From NCBI GenBank assembly GCA_040954595.2, contig CM082581.2:12460286-12524285 (forward strand): DNA of 64,000 nucleotides. Reading direction: 5' to 3'. Below, in pieces: positions 27,006-47,834 of this stretch. Origin of the DNA: Balanoglossus misakiensis. Taxonomy: Eukaryota > Animalia > Hemichordata. The stretch's first letter is position 1. Every line of letters starts with the position of its first letter. The translations under genes and the position numbers were made by a program. The notes beneath the pieces were generated by a model. The model was not told the origin of the DNA. It saw only the letters and a list, made by a program, of their open reading frames with translations, and did not search any database.

Positions 27006-27077
27006 GCCGTGATCGTCTAGTGGTTAGGACATTGCGTTGTGGCCGCAATAACCCAGGTTCGAATCCTGGTCTCGGCA
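27006..27077 (+). tRNA. trnH-GUG: tRNA-His (GUG), copy 3
   Basis: Identical to copy 1; T12 terminator at 27114-27125. Confidence 0.95.
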
Positions 27078-27236
27078 TCACCCTCTCGGTGTAATGAGAC
27101 GGCAAAGCTGACATTTTTTTTTTTTAAACCTCCCAATCATCAGCCAGAAAGGCAGGATACTTAATACTACATAATCCGTTTTTTCTTAAGTTTTTTTTCT
27201 GGATGGCAAGAATTTCCAATTGTACAAAGCGATGTT

Positions 27237-27298
27237 TAACCCAAGTTTGAAACCTAGTCTCGGCATTACCCTCTCAAGAAATTAGACCGCAAAGCTGA
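27237..27298 (+). pseudogene. Degenerate 3' fragment of the tRNA-His cassette
   Basis: TAACCCAAGTTTGAAACCTAGTCTCGGCATTACCCTCTC...AGACCGCAAAGCTGA aligns to the T-arm, acceptor strand and trailer. The B box is mutated and the 5' half is absent. Confidence 0.8.
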
Positions 27299-28433
27299 GA
27301 TTCAATACATACAGAAAATACAAACATAAGTGAAAACTTTCACTGTGAGTTATCACATACATTTTTTGAAGACACAAAATAGCAAAACATATATATTGTC
27401 CTATTTTATTCCCTTATATATATATACCATCATACAATGAACCTTTGTCTAGGTTCATAATCATTTTGAAATTCCCACTTCCTAAGTTTTTACATCATTA
27501 AGTTGTTGTTGTTTTTAAATTCTGAATATATCAGAATTAACCTTAATAACATGGAAAATCTCAGCTAATTAATTGCTGGCTATACAGAGAACTGAGATGA
27601 ATGGACAGCAATATGTGTCCAATCTCCATTTCATGTCTTTTAATGAAGAATAATTAACATGTCACCTTAAAGATCCAATGTTAAATCATACAATAATCCA
27701 CAGTAGTCCAAGTAAAATCTAACATAGGACATTCAGTTTTAAATAATATAATCTTTCTTCTGCATTCCTTTCACTTGCCATATATCTACATATAATATGC
27801 ATTTATTTACATATTTGTGATACCCTGGAAAAACATTCTGGAAATGATACTTTGTAATTTGTTTGGAATGAATGTAGGAAGTTTCGTCTATACAGGGCAT
27901 TAATTAGCATTGCTTGGTTTATCATTTTTTTGTAAGTTTTAATAAGTGATAAATGAATAAATACTTGCACCCAGAGTGGACTAAACCAGTACTAAACTTA
28001 CCTTGGAGTAGACACTGTTTTATATTAAATAACTGGAAATAAATATAATAAATAGTTTCAAACTAAAATATCTCTCACATTGTACAATTGCCCAAGTTAT
28101 CTTCCTTTATGTACTTCAATAAGAAAAAAATGTGATTGGCATAAATGTTCCAGAATGATCAAATCAATACTGGTTTGACATGCTACAAAGTGCAGCCAAT
28201 GTCCAATCTGGTTACTGTACCCTTGGCACACCTGCTCAACAGCCAATTAGTAATTTTACCAATCAGCCAATTACAAATTGGGTTTTGAATCATGTCTTAG
28301 TTGCACATTACCACAGGGCCTATCTCTATTGCAACATATCCCAGAAGTGTAAATATTTCAGGAAATCTGTCTAGATTTATTCAAGACTTCATGAGAGGAG
28401 GTACTCTTTTGGGGGTTTTAAGAGAAGGGTGAG

Positions 28434-34879
<6,446 letters not shown>

Positions 34880-34937
34880 TTTGGAACCGTTTACAATATT
34901 TCTCTCCTCTACCAGTTTCTAGCGTCTACATCTCCAC

Positions 34938-34948
34938 CAAGATGGCGG
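34938..34948. promoter_or_regulatory. YY1-type motif in the CCDC149 promoter/5' UTR
   Basis: CAAGATGGCGG about 60 nt upstream of the ATG matches the YY1 consensus typical of housekeeping promoters. Confidence 0.55.
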
Positions 34949-37123
34949 ATAGTAAAGACTACCTAAGTTAATGGTAAATGGCCTAAGCGTTCTCTGAACT
35001 GGGAATGTCTCGATAGATCACAATTTGCTTCCTTTACAAATTAGGACACTAGACTAATAAACTAATTTAGATCCCATCAAATACGAGTTCACTTCATGGG
35101 AGTGTTACAGCGATGGGAAACGTTTCATAAAAATCGTAGCAACTTAGAGGGTCGTTAATTTTACCCACAATTCAGCTGTAGACGCATTGCCACGAAGGAC
35201 TATCGTCACACGTATGATGTAAAAAGGACTTTATTTTTCTTTGAACAGAACGGCGAAACAGAATATGTGTCAATATGCACTAGTGGTCAACTCTGATGCT
35301 ACTAATCTAAGCGAAACCGCAAGTCGTGTTTGTTTGCAACATTGACGCGCATTGTTCCCAGCACCGTTGTTATGGGAACTTGAGGTCCGATATTTCCCCT
35401 ACCACTACATGCACTAGGGATATGGTCCATTCGGTCTACTTAACTTTCATTTACACTTTATTATCCTCTACACTGAGACCCCCCCCCCCCCCACAATTAA
35501 CGTTGAGGACGCTGCGTTGGGGGCGCACTTCAAGCTCCTCTCGTGTTTCATTGGTATTCCTCAACGTTCCTAACTGGGGTCTGTGTGTCTGCTAAATAGC
35601 TGGAAACGAAACATGACTTAATTCATCATGTCATATTTTAAATTTACCGAGTGCAATTAGAAGCATAAAAAGAAACTGTATTAGGATGAGAAGAGAAGTT
35701 ACTAAATATATCTTGGAATTTCAAAGATGATTCCTCCAACGAAGAAAACCCAGACTTTGAGACGCTGGGCCTTAGGCTCTCTCGGGATGTCAAACTGATA
35801 TTCTTAAAAAAAGACATTATCAAAAACATGATGAGTGTTTAATCTAGCAAGGAATGTATGTGATTGTCCTCCTTGCGTGAACATAAAAAAGAAATACGTT
35901 TGCTCTTTGGTCGGTAGAATAAGAAAAAAAGTCTCTCCAAGATTGCAAATGGCCCCAAAGATTCGTGATAGGGCATTACCATTAAGACTTAATTGTATTT
36001 ACAAACCGTAAAATAGACAAATTGCTGACTAATTTTCTCAAAGATCTCTAATTAATTTGATTGGTTTAACTGTAGAAACAGTCGGGTAATGTTTATTTTA
36101 TTTGCTCTAATCCAGTTTATGCCTAGACTGGCAGACATGTGTAAATTTAAAAGTCTATCAGCATACCAATGTGGTTGTTTATAGTAATTCACATACAAAT
36201 ATTTGCAAAGAGAGAGATTAGATTTTGCTACGCCCGGGGAAGTGCAGTAATAATAGACTTATCTATGGTCAACTTTGTTTAATCTCTCTTGATGAGGTTG
36301 AAATTTCAAGGCAACGGGCGGTCGTGTTTAGTTCAGACGCCGAGAAAATTATCAATTGAGAAAGTTTTCGTTACTGCGGCTTCCAGCAGAGAGTTGGCCA
36401 GGCGGGTGTCCCTAGGGTCGGCTGAACTGTCTACTGCGAAATCTCAGTTGGTCACGGTATTGGGGACAGTAAAATGGACCATCTTCATAGTCTACTGTCT
36501 ATGGTTTAGTGCACGTGCAAAGTGTAAATAAATACGGCGATAGTATATTCATTCCTCCCGTTTTGGGAGATCGTCGCGCTGTCCTCGTTATTTCTCAGTG
36601 ACAGTGATCCGCATTCTTAACTGATGGGGGTCGAAGGCTCTTCTCAAAGACACTGTATCAGTTACTGGACCCGAGAAGCCTCATACTTTTCATAATTAAA
36701 ACAAATCGGAAAGGAATCATCATCGAACAAGTTCTTGCTACTGTGCAATACTGGTCTGGTTTGACGCAGAGGTGCCAATGTTGGCAAGAAAGCGCCACAT
36801 CCTTGACTGGAGTGTTCTGTTTAAGCCGGATGCTCTTTCAGAATGGCCCAGGAGCGTCCGCTTGCAAAAAATGTGATGACGGGAGAAACTGAAGACATGT
36901 ATTGGGCTTTTCAGTTGAGACAATGGGAAAAGCTCAAGTGTTCAATGACTGTGTCTTGTTTCTAGTCGACGTATAATGTAACAAATCCAGCAAATTGGAA
37001 ATTGTTCGGGCTCTATCATTTACCCCTCCCACTGAGCACCTGATGCAGCAAATCCGAAAATTGCCGGCAATTACGCCGTATCGATTAACCTGTGAAACTA
37101 TGCAAGCTGTCCTTTAGAAAAAG

Positions 37124-37361
<238 letters not shown>

Positions 37362-39813
37362 CAGCTACATCATTTCGTACCCGTCAGCTGGTAGCTGGTA
37401 ACCAACTAACTTTATTAGGATGATTAGTGTGTTGGGGATTGTGGTTTTAAGTGCGACACTTAACAAGCAATTACACTAACCTGTGGGTGGTGTTGTTAAG
37501 TACTTGGATGGGTGGTTTAAAAGACTTCGTCAAATAATGATGGGCAGTCGAAGTGAGGAGGAGGGGGGGGGAATTGATCAAATGTCTACCTCCTCGAAGT
37601 CAAAGCTGGGTCTGAACCTTGTTCGCCTCGAATGTATATACATCTCTTCCAAATGTGATTACATGGACAATGGCGGGGGAAGCGTGGCCATAGCAGTTCA
37701 TTAGCAATGTAAACCACGCTGACAATGCCACTAATAGCACTATGTAAACTAATTCACAGCGTCGTTTTTGTCCGGCATTCATGTTTAAAAAAAGAGCTAG
37801 GTCCTTTCAACATGTTGATCTGTGTGTTGTACAATGGTCTTCGATTCAATTTCTTTTGTCATCGAGCTGAGGGGCTCCACTCGAGTGTACCCATAAAAAC
37901 GTTTTGTTGGTGTACGAGCCTGGCTGCCTGACCCCTCATTAAAAGCCGCTGGGGCAAAGGGGGTCTCAAGCCACTAGTTACAGAAATCAACAAACTTTGC
38001 ACACCTGCCTGTGGTGAGGTTTCAGCAGGGATTCAACGGCGCCGTGATGATGGAGGAATGGCAAAAGGTTGAGGCTGTAATGCCCACCTTGAAGTTGGCG
38101 AGTCAGGGGTGGGAGATGAGAAGGGGCGTTAAAGTATACGAGAGCAAAATGGCACACGAGTCAGTTTTAGAATCGTAAACAGTCAGTTTTGATTCAATAC
38201 ATGGGTCGTCACCGACAGTGCTCTTCTGGCCTTTAAGTGTCCACACAACGGTGTGCATAAATGTTTGTTTACATCGGCTTGGTTCTACATGACAAAGTGC
38301 CACCCTCTTGTAACACAATTTAAAGAGCACTTGGAGGAGTCGTTAAGCAGTCTCAGTGGGCTTGATGATTTTTCCCATTGTCCATCCCACAAAAGGAGAA
38401 TGAAACCCTGTAAATGCTTACGTTTCTGATTTGAGCGATTTGCGGCGCAGGTTTATAAGGCAATATATGAGATATACGCTTCGGTTGGGGAGGTGCTGGC
38501 TACTGACCAGTCGTGAGAACGCTCGACGGGCTTGGAATTCCAAAACCTCAGAAGTGTTTCCGAAGTGACAAATGTTTGTAAAAGAACAATTTGTCTTCAT
38601 CCTGACTCATTTGCCCCTTTTATCGACGTCGTTAAAAGTCTTTAATCTTACTCGGACTTTGAAAGGAAAGTTTGAAATAAGGCGCGAAAGTTTGACTTTG
38701 CAGGTCGCCACTTTGGCTGCCACTCCATTGACGAAGCAGCCGTTCGGCTTTTCCCACCTGCGCCTCCCTCAGTCGACATCGAGGCTTCTCCTGAGTGAAA
38801 TTGAGAGACAGGCCCAACCCTCCCATTAAACTTTCTTTAATCCCATAATGAAGGGCGACCTAAGAGTCGTCACCAATTTGCATACCGTTAAACGAGCAGT
38901 CTCCAAAAGAAATTCCCGACTGGAGTTTGAAAACAACTGAGGAATGTATGTATATAATGAACCCGCGTCAAAGTGCCTCTGAAAGCGAGCTCCGGCCGGA
39001 CAAAAAGTGAGGCATTAACGTGTCACAATTGACAGTCTTCTACCCCTTTGAGGTATTCGTCCACGGCGACTTGCAAGGAGTGGAGGAGAGAAAGGCAACG
39101 GTCGGAGCACTGCTCACCACTCATTGGCGCCACAGCCGACCAGCTCGCATCTTGGCCACACGATTGGACGCAACACAAAGTTACGAAACTACCGGCTCCC
39201 AAGTGTGATTGTACATGGGTGAACTCCCATTCAGACTCAGCAGCCAGTTTAATTTCATACAATTTTCGTACTCGGCGCAATCGGAGAGCGCTAGACTGGG
39301 TGGGTGAGTCTGAGGCGACAGTCGGCTCTGTGTAGACAGTCGGCGTAGCGGAGACGGGGAGACGGCAACATCACATATCGTTGTAAGGGTCTCTCTTTGA
39401 AAGGGGTTAAGGCGGGAGGAGTTTTCGTCGCTGCTACTACACACTGAACTGTTGTGTTGGAGACATCGCCGACAGTAACTTAGGTGTCTTCTTCCACATG
39501 TGATGCCGCGTGCATGGTCGCTGCCGTATCTTCACTGCGTATAAGCCAGAACACCGACTTGCGCGCCATGTGGGCATCCGTCCTCCTCCCCGAGTCGGAG
39601 TCGCCGGCCGAGTTCCGCAGCGTAAAACTGTAACCACCATGTGCCGTGTGATTTCTGTTTGTACCAGTCTGAACACCTGCCACCTGAAGTTACACAGCGG
39701 AACCACCACGCCTTCCAGAAATCACAGGTTCTTGTGTTGTGCCGACGTAACGTGAGTTCTAAAGTTACCCAACTGCGTGCGTAGTACAGAGAGAGAAAGA
39801 GAGCGCTTCCGCC

Positions 39814-42800
39814 ATGAATCCGAATACAACCAGCTTAATTTTCGGATTGCTTCTGCTCGCCCTTTCCTCCTCGACCCTCGGGGTCCCCGTCAAAACGAGA
39901 ACCGGCAAGCAGCGCAGGAACTCCGGCGGCAGATTTGGGGAGCTACGTGGTGTCAGGGAGGAAGCGGGAGTCCCTAGAAGAGATGCTTTGGAAACCAAGC
40001 TACTGGATGTGTTCGGACTCAAAGAAGTGCCCAAGCATGGCCGAAAGGAGTTTGAAACGCCCCCGTTCATGTTGGAACTCTACCAAAACCTAGCAGCGAA
40101 AAGGAAAAGTCAACACCAAAGAAAAACAGCGATGAAAGCTAATACTGTGAGAAGTTTCGCAGACACAGGTGAGGCGAAACCCTGGTCGTATTATTTTTTT
40201 CAAAATCGGTAAAAATGGCGATTTGACGTTGTCAATTCGATAAAGGGTGGTGTAGTGTAACGAGGGTGGTTTTCGTTTCGGTGAAATGAATGTGCATATC
40301 ATTGCTGTTAATGCATACTTTATCGGCGATGAAGGATTCTCGACCGTCACTGTTTATTTTGCCCATTGATAGGCCCTAGAGATGTTTACAGAAACACTGG
40401 CATTTCGTCGTGCGGTAAAGGTTGATCGATCATCGTATGAGATGGGGCACCCCTTTCTTTTGAGTTACACACACGTCGGTCTCTGTCTAACCTTTGAGCG
40501 AGCGACGGGTGAAAAAAAAGAAACATGACCACTGATTCGGTTTTATGGGCCCACTTTCAGCCTTCGTATCGTGGTCGTTAACATTTTTCCCTGGATAAAT
40601 TTATATCCCCTTCCGCTGTGATGGACGTGGAACGTCACTGTATAGGCAAGCCCGTGGATTCAGGCCAATAGACATGAAAGGGGGACGTTTACAAGCCGGT
40701 GATAATTGGTGAAGTTGCTTTAGTTTCTCCTCGCTCACGCACTAATCAGTGACAAAAGTTTGAAGTTAAGTAGGGTCGAGTAGACTCCCTGTCGTGTTAC
40801 ACGGTATCCCTTCAAGTGACTCCACGATCCACGAGACAGTCAGTTCTCTCGCGTAGCAGTAGAGCGTATATCTCGGCGGACTGTATATTTACTCTCAACA
40901 CATTTTTACGAGTGTGTCTCCCCGTATGATTCGCCCATTGTCTCGCGACCGCCATGATTCAACCACTGCCGACTTAAATTATACATATTCATCGACTCTC
41001 TTCGCCAAGGCCTGGCATATAAATTTTCCCCCAGTTCCGCTAGACCATCTCCGCAACGCATGATCAAATCCGTGCAGGCAGACAGGTGCAGAGCCGTCAG
41101 TCGCCAATTTCTTCAACCAACAAATACTAAGGATAATAGACTACGAAAATGGCCCATTAACTCCATATACCTATCTACATAGGTGTGAACGGTAGGCGCT
41201 GTCGTGTAAAGTATGGCAGTCGCGTCGCGTAAGGGACTGACTGACTGACTGACTCTTACAACGCCTACTACTGTACTAGAGAGTACAAACCTTTATATCA
41301 GTCTAAACCGAGCATTAAATCATCGCGAATGTGTGCGACTTTCAAAAAAAATGATTAATGTCTTGTCACCAAAACGAAATCACTTTATCATATGTATGTT
41401 TGTAGAGTGAAACTCGGGGAAGCAGATACCAACTATTGTCGGTATGTGCCTCCGTCCCAACAACGACACGGGTCTATTTCTCCCCGGGAGTGAAATCCCC
41501 TTCACTTGCCTGGGTGGGCTCAAACATTTCACGCATGAAAACGCAGAGACACTGAGTTATTTGGAAAATGCCGCTTTTGAAACTTTTCAGATCGCATGTC
41601 TCGATGTTCTCCATTAATTATGAGTCCCAGCTACCAGGCAAAGAAAACTGCCAACGGTGGAATTAGCTGTCTGCTTCGAAGATGGATTGTGGCAGCCGAA
41701 GGGAACACAGGATGGAAAATAAAAATACTAACGATACGGGATATGTCCTAAGGGGTGGCTGCATAAACATGATACCTCCAACACGCGTGTTTTTCCATAA
41801 AAATTCTTTTACACTGGAATCTGAAGTCGGGTTCATTCCAATGAAATCTCTGATTACGGTCGCTCTTGTCGACTGTCAATTTCTGGCCAGAAGCCTCCGA
41901 AACGATGAGTTTTCTTTTCTCTTCCACCCCTTTAGAAGTTGATGTTCACCCCTCCCGAAAAGTAGACCGAGAAATGACAAGAAATCCCCCATTTTTTCTC
42001 CTTTCCGTGGCGTGTGGAAATGATAGCGATATTAGGTTGTCATGGCGCGAATCGGATATGTGACGTCGCACCAGTCTCGTTTTATGGCTGAATTCAGAAG
42101 CTAAATATTATGCTTGAGTCAGACTGTAAAACCTACAGGAAGGTAACGCGATAGCTAGACCACGGTTAGGGTGATTGCTTGCGCTATCTCTGTTTGTCTT
42201 TTCACTTAGGTATCGCTGCAGTAGCCAAGCTAATTATTTGACTTATTTCGCCAATGTGGCCCCACTCGGTAATGTCCGGAACGGCAATTGAGACGCTATA
42301 CTCTGATGAAAAAAATCCCCACATCATAATTCCACAACGCACAGACCGACGCATATTGCTAACATTATGCCCCCTGCTTCCGACAACAAATGCGTAAATG
42401 ATGAGGGCATATACCGTTAACGCATCTATTAGTGTTATTAAAGTTTATTACATTCGAGAAAAAAAGTCTGCTTGGCGTCATCGAGTTTGCCCTTTCGTCC
42501 ACATCCTTCTGGGTCCCCCTTATCGCATTCTAGTATGTAAAAATATACCTGCTTCCAGACAGGACCGAATTATTGTGACATTATGATAGCCCACCATTAA
42601 ATTGTATCATACAATAATTATTAGAGCTATTTTATACTTTAACATTTATGGACGACTGTCAAATTTTTCCGTTAGCACATTTTTATTGACAATATATTTA
42701 ATTTTTTATCGTTACCAACGCTGGTTTCATCTCCCATTTCGGAGCGGGGACAAAAATATTCCTAAATCTACATTTGTTTTTGCTGATGTACCTCCAATGA

Positions 42801-45800
42801 GTCACGACTTAGAATGTAGTATTATTAATCATCTCAGCAGCATTCCCGGGGGAATAAGCAGCGAGAAACCCAAGTCTCTGGCATGCCGGAGAGTTCGCGT
42901 CGAAAATGGTGGGATTAAAGAAAAAACTGGGATTGGGAGCCGGGACACGTCTTGACAGGAGGGGGGGGGCAGAGCGACCGTTTAAACAAAAACAAGGAGA
43001 GTAAACTCGCGTAAACACTTGTAAACATTGACATACCCCCTGAGCTGTCACCCCTTCACAGTTATAAGCAAAGTCGAATTAGTGAGAATTAGTGTTCATT
43101 TGTGATGTTTGTGTTTGTGTTTGGTTTGTTTGTATACACTGGACTCGAGTTGATATTTGTCATGCGTCTCTCTGAATATTCCTATCTTGTGATTCCAGCT
43201 GTGTTTGTTGGCTGGTTACTTGACCGTGTTTGACTTCGCTAATCTGTTCTTAGTAGGGTCGAGGTTTCTCCCCGATTGAAAATATATTACCCCCGACAAA
43301 TGAGTTTCCCAAGCGCTTGGCATAGCGAGGATTGAACTCTTCAGTGAATGCGTGTCGCCGGCTGAAATAGTTCACCATAGTACAGTTTGCCTAACAATAT
43401 CACTCGACAAGCTGGTGGACAAAGGAATCTGTGTCATCAAGGTGAAATGTACGCAAGTGACGAAATGAACACGACCACGAAACGAGGCTTGAAATATACA
43501 TCGCACACGCCCATTCTGCAAACCAAACATTATGACTTAAGTCGGCGAGCACTTCTCGGGTTCCACGAAACATAGCCGAAAAGTCAGAAACTTCTGTTTA
43601 CCCACGGTTTATATTCAGAGTTGTCGCTGGCACGGAAATCAGTCAGCGGCACGTTTTATAATTCTTCGCTAAACCAATAATGGCACTATATCAATGACCC
43701 TTACAGAATCAACTACCGCTGTAAAACGAGCCTAAGCGCCTAACACACAGAAGAGAATTGACAAATTTATCACCATGCCAACATCGCGATCATGTTTTAG
43801 GTACCTGAACTTTACTCCATCACGAGGATACAGCGATTTGTTTCTTCGCGAAAAGGGTCACTACCCGTTGGTTTGGTGAACTTTTTTGTTGGCAAAACTT
43901 TTAGTCAGATTGTCTTCTCTCAGTCTTTGGTCGTATTTTTCTGAACACTTGGATCATGGATATTAACTTTAATATAGGTCAATGTGACCCTCCCCCTCCC
44001 CCTTTCACCATCTCTATCTCCCTCTATAACCACATTTCTCTGATATGGAAACAACCTAATAATCCTTTTAAACTCCAGTCCGCAATTCTATGAATGAGGG
44101 TCGCCCCCGACGCATGCGCTATTGCAAATAAACATATTAAAATGGAGACAATCGTAGTAATAACATGTATTCATTGACGGGTATGGTATTTCTTTAAGAT
44201 GCAGACTTTGGGTACAAATTGCCAATATTCTGGCAATTATCTCTGGATCCACCCTTTCTATTTCCTGTCAAAGGTTTAGAAAACATGGGCTTAATCTATA
44301 TTAAAATGACAAGGAAATATGTATTCAAATGACGAGGGAATAGAGCAGCGACGTGAAAATTGAAATAGCTTTAGATTGAAATTTACACAAGGGGTGGTGA
44401 AATGTCAAAGGTCATTGAAAAGTAACATCTATGGATGTTTCTCTTTGTAGATTTCAAGTCATCGCGCACCGACAAGCTAAATACGCATGTTATCCGCCAA
44501 AGTACCTTATGTAACATTTTTACAACATTTTGCATAAACCCCGAAGGTATTCAGTGATTTTTACAGCTCGATAAACTCGCAAAGGTGGTCTTCTTCCCTC
44601 AGGGAGAAAAGTACACTTGACATATCTACTGTTAAAGTTTTTTTTTCTTCTTGTAACCAACCCCGTCTCGTAAATGAATACATTTCTTCTTTAGTGGCAT
44701 ATACGTATGGCGCTAGTTGCCAAGCTAGTTTTACAATCCTGAATAACGTGTTAATTTCTTTTTTCAAAACTCTCATATTTCAAGTTATCTCCGGCTCAAT
44801 TAAAGAGGGCAATATGCCCTAACAGATTCTGACTACGATGTGTAACCATGCAGTCACTCGTATAATGCATCTGTCGCCTGAATATTTTATAAAAGTAAAT
44901 ATTTGTTTTGGACGTTCATGCGTTCCGTGACACCCACTAAGATAACCTAAAAATAGGCTACCGTTAGTCTTGCGTTGCTTTTTTTCCTTGAATAGATTAA
45001 AAACCTTTGAGAACCACTTCTCCAAGACAGATCGTCGTCTGACACACACTTTTCTTTATCATAGCTCGATCTCGCATTTCCAGACATTTCGAGAATACAA
45101 AATAGCGGTGACTTCGGTGATTTACCTGCCAATAGTCTAAATTATAATGATGATTTGGCTTTCTGTTTCCTTCGCGGAAGATGACTGTAGTTACTCTGTA
45201 GTGGGCAACAGTGTACGATGATGTATTGAGCTCCGGAGTGTGATTAAAGGTGAACATTAGACTTCGTGTACCTCAATATCGGACAATTTTCAGTCGTCCG
45301 ATCCTCAGCCGGGTATTAGATCACTTACCAGCGACCCTCAAAACAATCACAACAGCTCAACAACAACTGAAACACATCATTGCCATCTCGTGCCACCCTC
45401 CTCCACACATGTTGACGTATAACCACTCAAAACCAGTGCCTTCGTCACATCTGTGAAACTTGTATTTATGTAACGGATCTAGTAAGAGGAGTTCACGATT
45501 TCAAGTATTTTGCAACCTCTCTATAAGCATGATAAGTATGTCCTGAATACAATGGCCGATTACAAGATAGGCTTTGCAAGAAAAAGAGTAATGTAATTAT
45601 TTATACAGCGCTATAAATCTGTCAAAAACTGACCAGAGGTTCTGTACCGGATTACAGAAATAGAAAACACGACGTGTCAAAGGCGCAAACAACAATGACA
45701 ACAACAGACTAACCGGCCAACTTTCATGTGAATGACTGACATGTTCCACTTTTAACAGTGTAATTATATGTATATACATGTACTTTCAGGTAAAAGATTA

Positions 45801-47515
45801 TAAACCTATATTTTTGTTTCTTTCTAACCGCCATGTTTTTTTTCCTTTTCGTATTTCGTAGGGAGGGGCAAAAAGAGCAATTTTGAATTTGTTTTAAAAG
45901 GTCTACTTGAGAGAGAAACCATTCTGTCTGCCGAAGTGCATCTTTATAAAAAGAAAGACCAGTCCAGTGATCAGGAAACCGCTACTTTGAACTTTTACAG
46001 AGTGACTGAGACGGACTCAGTTCGAGAGTCAACTTTGCTAGAGACGCGCACGATAAGGCGAACTCAAAAAGGATGGCTTGTCTTTGACGTCACTCGGAGT
46101 TTGTTACCCAAGCCCCGGATTGAAAGTCCCCGAATAAATCGTGTGGAAAGAGGGGTTTATCGAGACGGTGGCATCGTCGCCGCCGCATTGGAGAACAACG
46201 TTGTCGAATTTGAGATCGAAGTGGAAGGCAGTCAACGGGACAGCGTGTTAAAAACGTTCAAAAGTTCAAAGAAACACCGAGAAAGAGAACCCATATTGGT
46301 CGTGTACCTGAACGACACTGCCATTCGCCAGAGTGACATTATAACGCCCGTGTACATGGGACTACACGATAGCAACCAAGATGGCGGCGGGCAGGAGTTG
46401 GAGGCTGCGCACGAGACCAGAAGGAGGGAGAAAAGGGCGTCCTCCAATGCAAGACGCGGTGGTGGAGGCAAAAGTAAAACCAACAGGTGTCAACTGTATG
46501 AGTTTTACGTGGACTTCCAAAAAGTCGGCTGGAGCGATTGGATTATAGCTCCCAACGGTAAGTTTCTGAGCTGAACTACGTAACGTAACTAATCAAAAGG
46601 AACTAGAATAACCGCACTATTATCAAGAGCGAACGACTTTACTCATTTTAGTTAAAAGGTACAAGTATGCACAAGCTGTGCAAGTTCCCGAATGCTCTAA
46701 AGAAGCCAGAAAAAGTACAGTAACACTTCACAGGACGAGAATGAAACCCAGACTCTCACTTTTAGAGCCGACATATTTCTATCTTTCATAGCAGTCTTGA
46801 TAGGCAAACAGGAAGCACATAACTGTTTTTTTATGAAGACATCAATGACGAGGTTTAAGTAGTGGACACACAGGGCAATTTATGGTCGATGATTCAGCTG
46901 TTTCCGTCATGGCAACTGTCCTGTTTAATATTTCACGTTTTGCTATTTGGGGGTGTCTTTGGAGCGAAAAATTCCACCCTTGTTGGTTTCTGTCGAGTTT
47001 CACTCTTGTCGGTTAATCCCGTGTCGCTATCGGTTAATTGATGGGTCAGTGCAAAACATACAAAAGCCCGTTTCTGTCAGTTTCTACGCCAGAGTAACTC
47101 CAGGACACGTAGTGCGATATGGGTTGAAACGGTCAAATTCCAAACGTACCTGCACGTCTATGCGTGCTACTATAGCAGCGTTGCCTGTCTTGCAAGGCAT
47201 AGTGTGTTTTCAATGTTCCAAATACACCGTGTTAAACACCTCTGTTGTCACCCTATCATTGCAGGATACTTCGCCAACTTCTGCGACGGCCACTGCCCGT
47301 TTCCCTTGGACCCTCACTTCAACGCCACCAACCACGCCACCGTTCAGGCCATCCTACACACAAGGGAGTTCAGCTTAAAGGGACAGCGTATACCCAAACC
47401 CTGCTGCGTTCCCAGCGATTTTGAAAGTATACACGTGTTGTACCTGGACGACTTCAATAACGTTGTGCTCAAGGAGTTCGATGACATGGAGGCCAAAAGC
47501 TGCGGCTGCCACTGA
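39814..47515 (+). CDS. ADMP: ADMP-like BMP/TGF-beta family precursor, ~433 aa; exons 39814-40168, 45862-46557, 47265-47515
   Basis: Signal peptide, prodomain motifs (PPFMLELY, ANTVRSF, GWLVFDVT, EPILVVY), furin site RREKR and a 7-Cys mature domain. The C-terminus LYLDDFNNVVLKEFDDMEAKSCGCH and the TNHATVQ motif resemble ADMP more than BMP2/4. BMP-family status is certain; the ADMP (possibly ADMP2) call is less so. Confidence 0.8.
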
Positions 47516-47784
47516 GACAAACCAAAAACACTTCGACATCCAAATACATTCTCCATTCCAGTTTGAAACCACACGCCTCTCTAGATTTGTTTCAATTTAC
47601 GCACTTTTTTGAAAGAAATAAGACTTTTTTGTTTTATATTTAAAATTATTTTAATTTTTATAACCCACCCGATTTATTTTATAGCAGACGATGGCAGAAA
47701 TAGAACGAAAGGTTCAGCAGAACAATTACGATGCTGAAATCCGATTCCTGCGAAATTTAACCTGTCTGTATCTGTCTGTGTATC

Positions 47785-47833
<49 letters not shown>
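47785..47833. repeat. (TCTG)n tetranucleotide microsatellite 3' of the ADMP-like stop codon
   Basis: Directly visible. Confidence 0.9.

Positions 47834-47834
<1 letters not shown>

Noticed and set aside
38650-39405. Several CTTTGA TCF/LEF-like sites upstream of the ADMP-like gene
   Set aside because: The motif is short and its frequency cannot be distinguished from background by eye.
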